Shown: positions 52,632-61,678, counted from the stretch's first letter. The stretch is 64,000 bases of DNA from Verrucomicrobiota bacterium (GCA_040386695.1 JAZKFB010000009.1:47436-111435); one strand, 5' to 3'. Program-made: numbers and translations. Notes: generated by a model not told the origin, from the letters alone.

Positions 52632-52943
52632 ATGTCACCCAATATCATGAAACCACAGGAAAACGCCCTGAATCTCACCGCGCCTCCTGAACTCACCGCG
52701 AATGACGCCTCCGCGCTCCGCGACAAGGCGAAGCTCCGGTTCACGGAAAACTTCACGGATATCAATCTCGACTGCTCCCACCTCGGCTTCATTGATTCCA
52801 GCGGTCTGGGCGCCCTCATTTCCCTGCAGAAACTCGCGGCCCAGCGGGGCGGGAATCTGCGGCTTCTTCAGCCTCAGGCGGCGGTGATTCAAATCCTGGA
52901 ACTCACGCGCCTGCACCGTATCTTCGAAATCGTCCCCGGCTGA
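52632..52943 (+). CDS. STAS-domain anti-sigma-factor antagonist (SpoIIAA/RsbV/HsbA-like)
   Basis: 103 aa. ..DCSHLGFIDSSGLGALISLQK...LRLLQPQAAVIQILELTRLHRIFEI: DSSG phospho-serine motif and STAS C-terminal helices. Confidence 0.88.
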   Translation: MSPNIMKPQENALNLTAPPELTANDASALRDKAKLRFTENFTDINLDCSHLGFIDSSGLGALISLQKLAAQRGGNLRLLQPQAAVIQILELTRLHRIFEIVPG

Positions 52944-52966
52944 CCCGCGACCCGCATCAAAAACCC

Positions 52967-54757
52967 ATGAGTTCATCCCCAAGGAACGACCCCTCCCTCA
53001 CCATCACCAACGGAGCGGAGGAGGGAACCGCGTGGCGCTGGAGCGGCGAACCCGCGCTCACGGCCGTGCGCGAGGCCGCTGTCAGCGCGCGGACTTTTCT
53101 GAAACGCCAGGGCCTGACGGAGGACGATCTGAACGCCTGGGAACTGGTGCTCACCGAGGCCGCCAACAACGTGGTGCTGCACATGCCGCCGGAGCGCGCG
53201 GCGGATTCATGGAATCTCCACCTTTTTGTGACCTCCGGCGAGGTCACGGCCACGCTGACGGACCACTCGCCCGGGTTTGACTGGCCGGACAAGGTGGAGC
53301 TGCCGGACGTGGACTCGGAGTCGGGCCGCGGCCTGTTCATCATCAAGGAGATGACCGACTCCCGCTATTATCTGCGCGGCCCCCAGGAGAATGTGCTCAC
53401 GCTGGTGCGCGGGCGGCAGGCCTCGGGCCGCATCACGGCGGAGGACCATACCGGCGCTTTCACCGAGGAGCAGAAGCAGGAGCTGGAGAGCACTCTGGAC
53501 CACATGACGGAGGAGCTGGGCGCGGCTTATGAAAGCCTGTCCGCGATTTTCCGGTTCAGCTCCGAAAGCAACCGCATCACCGATCTGTCGGCTTTCACGG
53601 CCACCCTGCTGGACCACCTGGCCACCGTCACCCAGTCGGACTGCGGCGTGATCCGCACCGTGGGGGAGGACGGCGGTTTTAAAACGCTGGCCATGAAAGG
53701 CTGCGTGTCCTCCCCGGACGCGCCGGACGGCGGCGACTTTGACAGTCTGGAGAAAGCGGCCATCGCCTCCCGCGAGGACCAGTGGATCGATCCGGCGACT
53801 TTCAAAGGCGCTTCGGAAATCATGTCCGGGCTGGTGCACCCTTTTTACGAGGGCGACACCCTCATGGGCACGCTCAGCCTCGGGCGCCGGAAGCTGACCG
53901 AACCCATGCGGGCGGGGGAGGTGAATGTGGTGCACACCTTCTCGGAATTCCTGGCCCAGCACATCGTCCGCCGCCGGCACGAGGAGCAGGCTCTGAAGGC
54001 CAGCGCCGTGAAACGCGAGCTTGAGCTGGCGGCGTCCATCCAGCGCTCGCTGCTGCCGCGCTCCATGCCCACCATTCCCGGGCTGGAGCTTTCCGCCCAC
54101 TGCGAAAGCGCGATGGATGTGGGCGGTGATTTTTACGGCGTGCTGCCGTGGGGGCAGACGGGCCTGTTTTTCATGATGGCCGATGTCATGGGCAAAGGGG
54201 TCGGGGCCTCCATGATGGCGGCGGTCACCCGTTCCGTGCTGCGCTCCGTGCCCCAGTTTTACACGGATCCGGGTTCGGTGCTGACCCAGACCGCGAAGTT
54301 CCTTTTCGAGGATCTGGACCAGCTGGAAATGTTCGTCACCGCCGTGGTGGGCACGGTGGACATTCCCTCCGGGGAAGTGCGGCTGGCCAGCGCGGGGCAC
54401 TGTCCGGTGCTCATCGCCATGCCGGACGGGGAAGTGCATGAGATTCCGGCCAGCGGTCCGCCGCTGGGGCTGATGGAGGTGATTGAATACCCGTCCACCA
54501 TCATGCCCTTCCCGCCGGGATCGCGGATGCTGGTTTTCACCGACGGCCTCACGGACCCGCGCGACGGGCGCGGCGCGTTCGCCTCGCACACGGAGCTCGC
54601 CGACTGGCTGCTGGCGAACGCCGCCGGTTCCGGCACCGCCGCCAATCTGCACCAGGCCCTGCTGCAGCGGCTGCGGCTGCACAGCGCCACCGCGCCGCTG
54701 GCCGATGACCAGACTTTCCTCATCCTTCACAGGCTTGACGCCTCCCCTCTTTCCTGA
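52967..54757 (+). CDS. tri-domain partner-switching enzyme: RsbW/SpoIIAB-like Ser kinase (HATPase_c_2) + GAF-like + PP2C/SpoIIE phosphatase
   Basis: N-terminus: WELVLTEAANNVVLH..LTDHSPGFD..SGRGLFIIKEMTD. Middle about 150 aa is GAF-like (..QSDCGVIRTV..LMGTLSLGRRK). C-terminus: ELAASIQRSLLP, MDVGGDFYGV, FFMMADVMGKGVGASMMAA, SAGHCPVLI, VFTDGLTD. Confidence 0.85.
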   Translation: MSSSPRNDPSLTITNGAEEGTAWRWSGEPALTAVREAAVSARTFLKRQGLTEDDLNAWELVLTEAANNVVLHMPPERAADSWNLHLFVTSGEVTATLTDHSPGFDWPDKVELPDVDSESGRGLFIIKEMTDSRYYLRGPQENVLTLVRGRQASGRITAEDHTGAFTEEQKQELESTLDHMTEELGAAYESLSAIFRFSSESNRITDLSAFTATLLDHLATVTQSDCGVIRTVGEDGGFKTLAMKGCVSSPDAPDGGDFDSLEKAAIASREDQWIDPATFKGASEIMSGLVHPFYEGDTLMGTLSLGRRKLTEPMRAGEVNVVHTFSEFLAQHIVRRRHEEQALKASAVKRELELAASIQRSLLPRSMPTIPGLELSAHCESAMDVGGDFYGVLPWGQTGLFFMMADVMGKGVGASMMAAVTRSVLRSVPQFYTDPGSVLTQTAKFLFEDLDQLEMFVTAVVGTVDIPSGEVRLASAGHCPVLIAMPDGEVHEIPASGPPLGLMEVIEYPSTIMPFPPGSRMLVFTDGLTDPRDGRGAFASHTELADWLLANAAGSGTAANLHQALLQRLRLHSATAPLADDQTFLILHRLDASPLS

Positions 54758-54775
54758 CAATTCTTATTTCCCATC

Positions 54776-55198
54776 ATGGCCAGACTGATCATCGCTGAAG
54801 ACGAAACCCACATGCTGCGGCTGCTGGAGATGACCCTCCGCAAACACGGCCACACGTGGACCGTCTGCCGCAACGGCCAGGAAGCCGTGGACCGCGCCCG
54901 GGAACAGCCGGCGGACTGCATCATCATGGATGTGATGATGCCCGTCATGGACGGGCTCACGGCGCTGGCGGAGCTTAAAAAAATGGAATCCGTCCGCGAT
55001 ATTCCCGTGATCATGCTCACGGCGCGCGGCCAGTTCATCGACCGCGAACAGGCCCGGTCCTCGGGCGCGGCGGTTTTCCTGACCAAACCCTACTCGCCCA
55101 CGGAACTGCTCAATCACATTCAGCGGCTCACCACCCCCGCTGTTCCGGCTCCGGCTCTCCCGCCCGCCGCCGCCGCGTCCGCCGAACAACCCTCATGA
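54776..55198 (+). CDS. single-domain response regulator (CheY-like)
   Basis: ARLIIAEDE..., DCIIMDVMMPVMDG, IPVIMLTARG, FLTKPYSP. The Ala/Pro tail overlaps the next gene (ATGA 55195-55198). Confidence 0.9.
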   Translation: MARLIIAEDETHMLRLLEMTLRKHGHTWTVCRNGQEAVDRAREQPADCIIMDVMMPVMDGLTALAELKKMESVRDIPVIMLTARGQFIDREQARSSGAAVFLTKPYSPTELLNHIQRLTTPAVPAPALPPAAAASAEQPS

Positions 55199-56352
55199 AA
55201 GACACGCTTCATCTCTTCATCATGATCGACGCCTGCGGGTGGGAGATCCTCCGGGGCCGCCCGTTTCTGAAGGATCTCGCGCCGCACCGGCGGAAGCTGG
55301 AGAGCGTCTTCGGCTACAGCTCCACCTGCGTGCCCAGCATTCTGTCGGGCCACTGGCCCGACGAGCACCGGAACTGGTGCTACTTCGTTTACGACCCCGC
55401 GAATTCCCCCTTCAAATCCCTGCGCTGGCTGCGCTGGCTGCCCACCGCCATCACCGGCCGCCGGAGGTTCCGCCACCGGCTGTCAAAGTTCGTGAAGGTG
55501 AGGCTGAACTTCCGGGGCTACTTCGATTTGTATAACATCCCGTTCAAGTTCATCGATCTTTTCGATTTCTCGGAGAAGAAAACCCCATTGAGGCCCAAGG
55601 GCATGAACCGCGGAACGAATATCTTCGACCTCCTGGAGGAGGCCAAGGTGCCGTATTTCACCACGGATGACAGCCGGCCGGAGATCGAAAACCGGGACCG
55701 TCTGATCGCGGACCTGGAGGCCCGGCGCATCGATTTCGCTTTCATGTACTGGGCGGGCCTCGATGGCCTGCTGCACATGGTCGGCAATGACTCCCCGAAG
55801 ATCGCGGACAAGCTGAACCTGTACGAGGAGTGGATCACCAAAACCATGGAGACCGCCCGGCGGAACTACAAAAACGTGAAGCTTCACGTCTTCAGCGACC
55901 ACGGCATGGCCAACTGCGATGTGCTGGTGGACCTGCGCAAAACCATAGAGGCTCTGCCGCTGGAGTTCGGCGTGGACTATGTCGCCGTTTACGACAGCAC
56001 CATGGGGCGCTTCTGGTTCCTCACCGACAAGGCCCGTCCGCTTATCGAGCAGGCGCTGGCGGGAGTGAGGGAGGGGCGCGTGATGCCGGAGGAGGAGCTG
56101 CGGCATTACCGCGCGTTCTTTGAGGACGGCCATTTCGGCCAGCTGATTTTCCTCATGAGGGAGGGCGTGCTCATCGTGCCCAGCCACATGGGCGAGCGCC
56201 CCATCCGCGGCATGCACGGCTATCACCCGACGGATCCGCAGAGCTACGCCACCCTGCTGACCAACTATGAGGAGGTGCCGGACCACATCACGCACATTCC
56301 GCACATTCACCGGCTGATGGAGAACGCGCTGCCGGCCAAAGCGACCGCATGA
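55195..56352 (+). CDS. alkaline-phosphatase-superfamily enzyme (type I phosphodiesterase/nucleotide pyrophosphatase-like)
   Basis: Metal/nucleophile motifs in order: LFIMIDACGWE, YSSTCVPSILSGHWPDEH, VFSDHGM, GMHGYHP. Confidence 0.8.
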   Translation: MKDTLHLFIMIDACGWEILRGRPFLKDLAPHRRKLESVFGYSSTCVPSILSGHWPDEHRNWCYFVYDPANSPFKSLRWLRWLPTAITGRRRFRHRLSKFVKVRLNFRGYFDLYNIPFKFIDLFDFSEKKTPLRPKGMNRGTNIFDLLEEAKVPYFTTDDSRPEIENRDRLIADLEARRIDFAFMYWAGLDGLLHMVGNDSPKIADKLNLYEEWITKTMETARRNYKNVKLHVFSDHGMANCDVLVDLRKTIEALPLEFGVDYVAVYDSTMGRFWFLTDKARPLIEQALAGVREGRVMPEEELRHYRAFFEDGHFGQLIFLMREGVLIVPSHMGERPIRGMHGYHPTDPQSYATLLTNYEEVPDHITHIPHIHRLMENALPAKATA

Positions 56353-57611
56353 ACCGCCGGATCGTCCATGTCCCCCGCCGCTTCACCGCCCAGGACTGGG
56401 GCGGGACGGAAACCGTTATTCTCGAAACCGCCAGACGCCAGCAGGCGGAGGGAGCGGATCCCGTGATCCTGACCTCCATGGCCCTGGCGGCGGAAAAGTC
56501 GGAGGTCATCGGCGGCATTCCCGTGAAGCGCTTCCGGCACGTCTATCCGTTTTTCGGGCTCAGCGCGGCGGACAAAGCGGCGCTGGATCTGAAGGGCGGC
56601 AATCTGCTGTCCCTGCCGCTGTTTTACGGACTCTGGCGCGAGCCTGACGTGCGGCTGTTTCACGCGCACACCCTGAAACGGCTGGGCGGCACCGTGCGCA
56701 CCGTGGCCCGGCTGCGGAAAAAACCGTATGTCGTCTCCCTGCACGGCGGCGTCTTTGACGTGCCGGCGGCGGAGCGGGGCGACCTGGCGCGGCCGGTGGA
56801 GGGCAAATTCGAGTGGGGCCGCCCGTTCGGCGCGCTGCTGGGCGCCCGCAGGGTGCTCCAGGAGGCGGATCATGTGATCTGCGTCGGTCAGAGCGAGGCT
56901 GAAAAAGCGGCGGCGGAGCTGAATCACGGACGCGTCAGCTACCTGCCGAACGGCGTGGACTCCGCCCGCTTCACCCAGGGGGACGGCGCAGGATTCCGCC
57001 GGGAGAACGGCATTCCGGAAAACGCTTTTCTGCTGCTGGCCATGGGCCGCATCGACGCCCAGAAAAACCAGCTCGGGCTGCTGGAGGCGTTTTTGAAATT
57101 CCACGCCAAAGTCCCGGAGGCGCGCCTGCTGATTCTCGGCCCGGTGACGCAGCCGGCTTACGCGGAGAAGCTGCACGAATTCATCCGCGCGAACCATCTG
57201 ACGGACAGCGCGCGGATTCTGCCCGGCCTGCCGAACCACAGTCCGGCGCTGGTGGACGCGTTTCACGCGGCGGATGTGTTTGTCCTGGCCTCGCGGCACG
57301 AGCCCTTCGGCATCGTGGTCCTGGAGGCCTGGTGCGCGGGCTGCGCGGCGGTGGTCAGCCGCGTCGGCGGACTGCGCGCCCTGGTCCGGGAAAATGAGAC
57401 CGGCCTGATGTTTGACCCCGGCGCCGCCGATGCCGCGGACCAGCTGGCGGCCTGTCTTTTCCGCCTCCACGCCGATCCCGCCGCGCGCCGCGCCCTGGGG
57501 GAGGCCGGAAAGGCGGAGGCTCTGGCCCATTATGACTGGTCGCGCATCTCCGCGCGGCTCGAAAACGTTTACCGGCAGGCGGAGGAGAACTGCCGCTCCC
57601 GCCTGAAATGA
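56349..57611 (+). CDS. glycosyltransferase family 4 (GT-B)
   Basis: ..WGGTETVILE.. N-domain. EPFGIVVLEAWCAGCAAVVSRVGGLRALVRENETGLMF (E-x7-E). ATGA overlaps at both ends. Confidence 0.88.
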   Translation: MNRRIVHVPRRFTAQDWGGTETVILETARRQQAEGADPVILTSMALAAEKSEVIGGIPVKRFRHVYPFFGLSAADKAALDLKGGNLLSLPLFYGLWREPDVRLFHAHTLKRLGGTVRTVARLRKKPYVVSLHGGVFDVPAAERGDLARPVEGKFEWGRPFGALLGARRVLQEADHVICVGQSEAEKAAAELNHGRVSYLPNGVDSARFTQGDGAGFRRENGIPENAFLLLAMGRIDAQKNQLGLLEAFLKFHAKVPEARLLILGPVTQPAYAEKLHEFIRANHLTDSARILPGLPNHSPALVDAFHAADVFVLASRHEPFGIVVLEAWCAGCAAVVSRVGGLRALVRENETGLMFDPGAADAADQLAACLFRLHADPAARRALGEAGKAEALAHYDWSRISARLENVYRQAEENCRSRLK

Positions 57612-59167
57612 ACACTGACGACGTCAAGAAAGCCGCCTGGCGCGGAGCCCTCTACAACTACGGCAGGGTGGTGGTGCGCATCGGCCTCGGGCTGGTGACT
57701 TTCCGCCTGCTTTTCCAGGGCCTGACACCGGAGGAGTTCGGCTTCTGGTCGCTGATGTGGAGCGTGTTCGGTTATGGTATTCTCCTCGATTTCGGCTTCG
57801 GCTACGCCGCCCAGCGCCGCGTCGCCCAGGGCCTGGCGAACCGTGACTGGCCGGCGCTGAGCCATGCGCTGAGCACCATTTTTTTCTTCTACTTCGGCGC
57901 CGCCCTGGTCATCGCCGGGCTGGGCTGGATGCTGGCGGAGCCCATGATGCACTGGTTCGGCGTGCCCGATGAAAGACGCGCCATCTTCAAGCCGGTGACC
58001 GTGGTGTTCTTCGCAGGCATGGCCCTGGGATTCCCGCTGGGGGTGTTTCCGGAAGTGCTGCGCGGGCTTCAGAAAAGCGACACCGTCAACCGCATCAACA
58101 TGTGCGGACTGGTGGCCAACGCCATTCTCGTGGCCCTCGCGCTGCATTTTCGCTGGGGCCTGATGTCCGTGTTTGTCATCGCCCTGGGCTGCGTGCTGAT
58201 CCCCGACCTCATCGCCGGCCGCGCGGCCTTCAAAGCCATGCCCGAGGTCCGGCTGCGGCCGTCGCTGTTCCGCATGAGCGATCTGCTCTCGACCGGGAAA
58301 TTCTCGCTCTTCGCGTGGCTGAACATGATCTCCAATCTGCTGCGCAACAAAATGGACCAGGTCATTGTCGGCGGCCTCGTGGGTCTGCCGGCGGTGGCGC
58401 TCTACCAGTCGGGCGGCAAAGCCGGCGAGATGTTCGGCATTATCACCCGGCAGATCGCGGACGCCCTCAGTCCCGCCGCCGCCTTCCTCCACGCTGATGC
58501 CCGGGTGGAGGCGCTCCGGGAAATGCTGGTGAAGGGCGTGCGCCTGACGGTGCTGGTGGCGGCGCCGTTTTATGTCGGCGGCGCGCTTTATCTGGATCTG
58601 ATGGTGCGGCTGCTGACGGGCATGAAGGCCCCGGCTTCGGAGACGCTGATTGTGGGGGAAATCCTCCTCTTCTGGTATTTCCACCTGTCGATCACGCACC
58701 TCGTTTTCAAAAATATGTTCATGATGTGCGGCCACGAGCGGAAGCTGATGTGGCAGAGCCTCGGCGAGGCGGCGCTGAATATCCTGCTCAGCGTGGGCCT
58801 GACCCTGTGGAGCAAAAGCATCATCGGCGTGGCGGCGGGCTCGGTGCTGCCGACGGTTTATTTCGGCTGGTTCATGCTGTGGCGCTGGGCCTCGGTGGAG
58901 GCGGCGGTGGGCAAATGGGAGCTGTTCCGGCTCACGGCCCTGCGTCCCATCCTCGGCTGCGTGCCCATGATCCTCACCGGCGTGCTCTTCCGGCTGACCA
59001 TCGGGCCCCGTTTCGGCCAGCCGGAGTGGCTGCCCTGCCTGATCGGCATGGCCGTCACCGGCGTGGCCGCCGTGCTCGGCCTGTGGTTCATCGCTCTGAC
59101 TCCGGAGGACCGCAAAGGCCTGGTCTCCCGGCTGCCGGCCCGTTTCCGCCCCGCCTCCCTGCGTTGA
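57608..59167 (+). CDS. polysaccharide flippase (Wzx / MOP superfamily)
   Basis: 519 aa with about 12-14 TM segments. N-terminal ..YNYGRVVVRIGLGLVTFRLLFQGLTPEEFGFWSL.. is typical of Polysacc_synt/Wzx. Confidence 0.8.
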   Translation: MNTDDVKKAAWRGALYNYGRVVVRIGLGLVTFRLLFQGLTPEEFGFWSLMWSVFGYGILLDFGFGYAAQRRVAQGLANRDWPALSHALSTIFFFYFGAALVIAGLGWMLAEPMMHWFGVPDERRAIFKPVTVVFFAGMALGFPLGVFPEVLRGLQKSDTVNRINMCGLVANAILVALALHFRWGLMSVFVIALGCVLIPDLIAGRAAFKAMPEVRLRPSLFRMSDLLSTGKFSLFAWLNMISNLLRNKMDQVIVGGLVGLPAVALYQSGGKAGEMFGIITRQIADALSPAAAFLHADARVEALREMLVKGVRLTVLVAAPFYVGGALYLDLMVRLLTGMKAPASETLIVGEILLFWYFHLSITHLVFKNMFMMCGHERKLMWQSLGEAALNILLSVGLTLWSKSIIGVAAGSVLPTVYFGWFMLWRWASVEAAVGKWELFRLTALRPILGCVPMILTGVLFRLTIGPRFGQPEWLPCLIGMAVTGVAAVLGLWFIALTPEDRKGLVSRLPARFRPASLR

Positions 59168-59189
59168 TTTTGAAAACTGTGATGAATCC

Positions 59190-59290
59190 GAACAGAAGGT
59201 CACAAAGATCACCAAGGCGGGCATCGGCGGGGAAAGCCCTGAGCCAGCGGTCATTTTTATGATCTTTGTGTCCTTCGCGCCCTTCTGTTC
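59190..59290. repeat. 101-bp interrupted inverted repeat in flippase-GT2 spacer
   Basis: GAACAGAAGG (59190-59199) pairs with CCTTCTGTTC (59281-59290). CACAAAGATCA (59201-59211) pairs with TGATCTTTGTG (59260-59270). That is 21 bp of perfect pairing with a 10-nt asymmetric bulge and a 48-nt centre. T6 at 59296-59301. Confidence 0.85.
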
Positions 59291-59322
59291 AAACCTTTTT
59301 TCCCTGCCCCCTTTTAACCACC

Positions 59323-60216
59323 ATGAGTGTTCCCCTGATCAGCATCATCATGCGCTCCTACAACGAGGCCTGGGCGCTGCGCGAAACCCTGCCCGCGCTG
59401 CGGGCGCAGGAATACCGGAACTGGGAGCTGATCGTCATCGACAGCGGCTCCACCGACGGATCGCCGGACCTGATCCGCGCGGCCTCGCCGGCGCATTTCA
59501 TCGAAATCGCCTCAAAGGACTACAACCCCAGCCGGGTCATGAACCACGGCATGAGGCTGGCCAAAGCCGATCGCTGCCTGTTCCTGAACGCCGACGCCAC
59601 GCCGCAGGGACCCAACTGGCTGCGGCCCCTGGCGGAGGCTCTGCTGGACCCGAAAGTGGCCGCTGTCTTCAGCCGCCAGATTCCCCGGCCGGACTGTCAG
59701 GCGGTGTTCGCCGCCGACTACGACCGGTGCTTCGGCCCCAACCGCGACTCCGTGAACTGGGACCACTTTTTCAGCATGGTCAGCAGCGGCCTGCGGCGGG
59801 ACGTCTGGGAAAAACGCGGTTTCCGCGAGGACCTGCAATACGCCGAGGACGACGAATACACCCGCTGGTGCCGCCAGCAGGGTTACGAGGTCAAATACGT
59901 CCCGGAATCCGTGGCCATGCACAGCCACAACTACACCCCCGCGCAGTTTTACAAACGCTGCCTCGGCGACGCCCGGTCCATGGCCACGACCTATCCGGGC
60001 AAGGAATCGGACTTCACCTGGCCGCGCATGGTCCTGCTTCCCTGGATTCTCGACGTCCGCCGCGACGCCGTCTGGTGCGCGAAACACGGCCGGCTCTCCG
60101 AACTCCCCCACGCCGCCCGCCTCCGCTGGTCCCAGCGCCGCGGCAAACTCGCCGGCTTCCGCCAGGGCTGGAAGGACTACCGCACCGGCAAGGTGTGGGA
60201 AAAGCCGCCCGCCTAG
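59323..60216 (+). CDS. glycosyltransferase family 2
   Basis: MSVPLISIIMRSYNEAWALRETLPALRAQEYRNWELIVIDSGSTDGS..FLNADA: GT2 N-terminal signature with DxD-like NAD. ATG 59323 lies after the inverted repeat. Confidence 0.88.
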   Translation: MSVPLISIIMRSYNEAWALRETLPALRAQEYRNWELIVIDSGSTDGSPDLIRAASPAHFIEIASKDYNPSRVMNHGMRLAKADRCLFLNADATPQGPNWLRPLAEALLDPKVAAVFSRQIPRPDCQAVFAADYDRCFGPNRDSVNWDHFFSMVSSGLRRDVWEKRGFREDLQYAEDDEYTRWCRQQGYEVKYVPESVAMHSHNYTPAQFYKRCLGDARSMATTYPGKESDFTWPRMVLLPWILDVRRDAVWCAKHGRLSELPHAARLRWSQRRGKLAGFRQGWKDYRTGKVWEKPPA

Positions 60217-60292
60217 CCTTCCTCCGCCCCGGAAACCTGGTCCGCGTGTCCCGGAGCTTGAAGGTCCGGCCCGGGACGGCTACTGGAGGCGG

Positions 60293-61678
60293 ATGATTTT
60301 CCGCTTTCCGCTCCGCACCGCCGTTTTCCTCCTTGTGACCGCCGCCACGGCCACCGCGGAGGTGAAGGTGGATAATTTCAAACCGCAGGATCTGGTGCGG
60401 CATTCCGTGGTTCTGATCCGCGGTGAGGTGGAGGCCGGGGCGGAGAAGCTGACCCTGCGCACGGCCAAAGGCACGGCCAGGCCGGTGGAAAGCTCCGGCC
60501 TGGTGCAGGACGGGAAATTCAAGGCTCTGCTGGAACTGGCTCCGGGCGACAACACCATCGAGCTGAAAACCGAGAAATCGGCTTTGCCCGCGAAGCTGCG
60601 GATCACCTACAAGCCGATGACCAATCCGCATTACGTGCGGCTCATCTGGCTGGCGGATTCGACGGGGAAAACGGACTACGCAACCCCCGAGGACGACTTC
60701 CCGCAGAACTACGAGGCCCGCATGGCCACCGCCGCGCTGCTGCTCCAGTGCTTCACGGCGGAGCGCATGCAGGAACTCGGCTACGGCCGGCGCACGTTCC
60801 GGCTGGAGACCGACCGCGCGGGCAGGGTGGTGGTGCACACCATCAAGGCACCCCAGCCGGTGGAGCATTATCTGGAGATGGGGGACGGCCAGCGGATCTG
60901 GGGGGAGCTGAATCATTTCATCAACTCCCGCTATTCCGACAAATACGCCAAGAACCTCGCGCTGATGTCCTTCACCCGCAAAGACCCGGAGACCGGCCGC
61001 ATGCTGGCGCACACGGCGCTGGGCGGGGGCAATCTCGGACTGTTCGGCAGCGCCTCGATTTTCTCCTGGCCGGACAGCGTGGAATCCGTGCAGAAGGCGT
61101 TTCTGGACGAGCGGAAATACGACGTGTCCCGGGTTCACGACGACAGCGTGGGGCGCGGCACTTACTGGGGCCTGGCCTCCACGACCCTGGGAGCGACGCT
61201 TCATGAAATGAGCCACGCCTTCGGCCTGCCCCACTGCAAGGACAGTCGCTGCATCATGACGCGCGGCTTTGACCGGCTGAACCGTTTCTTCACGCTCAAT
61301 GAGAAACTTCCCGGCCAGGAGGTGAAAAAATTCGCCGCCGACTCCGAGGCCTGGTTCGCCCCGGTCAGCGCCTCGCGGCTGCGCTGGAGCCCGTGGTTCC
61401 AGCCGGAGGATCCCCGCCTGCGCCCGGATCCGAAACCGGAGATCACTTTCGACGCCAAAAAAAACGCCGTCACCATCGAGGCCCGCGCCGGACTCCGGGT
61501 GCTGGGCTTCTGGGACGGATCGGACATCCGGGGATTTCAGGAATACCGCGACAAGGCTCCCCGGAAAGTCACCCTGACCCTGGAGGAGATCGCGGCGGCC
61601 AACGAGGGCAAAACGCCCGGTAAAATCACGGCTGTGGACGAAAACGGCCGCGACGGGGAGCTGGATCTGAAGAAGTGA
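60293..61678 (+). CDS. secreted zinc metalloprotease-like protein with archaemetzincin-type signature
   Basis: Signal MIFRFPLRTAVFLLVTAATATA. HEMSHAFGLPHCKDSRCIM fits HExxHxxGx3Cx4CxM. The long N-terminal beta-rich region is unrecognised. Confidence 0.7.
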   Translation: MIFRFPLRTAVFLLVTAATATAEVKVDNFKPQDLVRHSVVLIRGEVEAGAEKLTLRTAKGTARPVESSGLVQDGKFKALLELAPGDNTIELKTEKSALPAKLRITYKPMTNPHYVRLIWLADSTGKTDYATPEDDFPQNYEARMATAALLLQCFTAERMQELGYGRRTFRLETDRAGRVVVHTIKAPQPVEHYLEMGDGQRIWGELNHFINSRYSDKYAKNLALMSFTRKDPETGRMLAHTALGGGNLGLFGSASIFSWPDSVESVQKAFLDERKYDVSRVHDDSVGRGTYWGLASTTLGATLHEMSHAFGLPHCKDSRCIMTRGFDRLNRFFTLNEKLPGQEVKKFAADSEAWFAPVSASRLRWSPWFQPEDPRLRPDPKPEITFDAKKNAVTIEARAGLRVLGFWDGSDIRGFQEYRDKAPRKVTLTLEEIAAANEGKTPGKITAVDENGRDGELDLKK

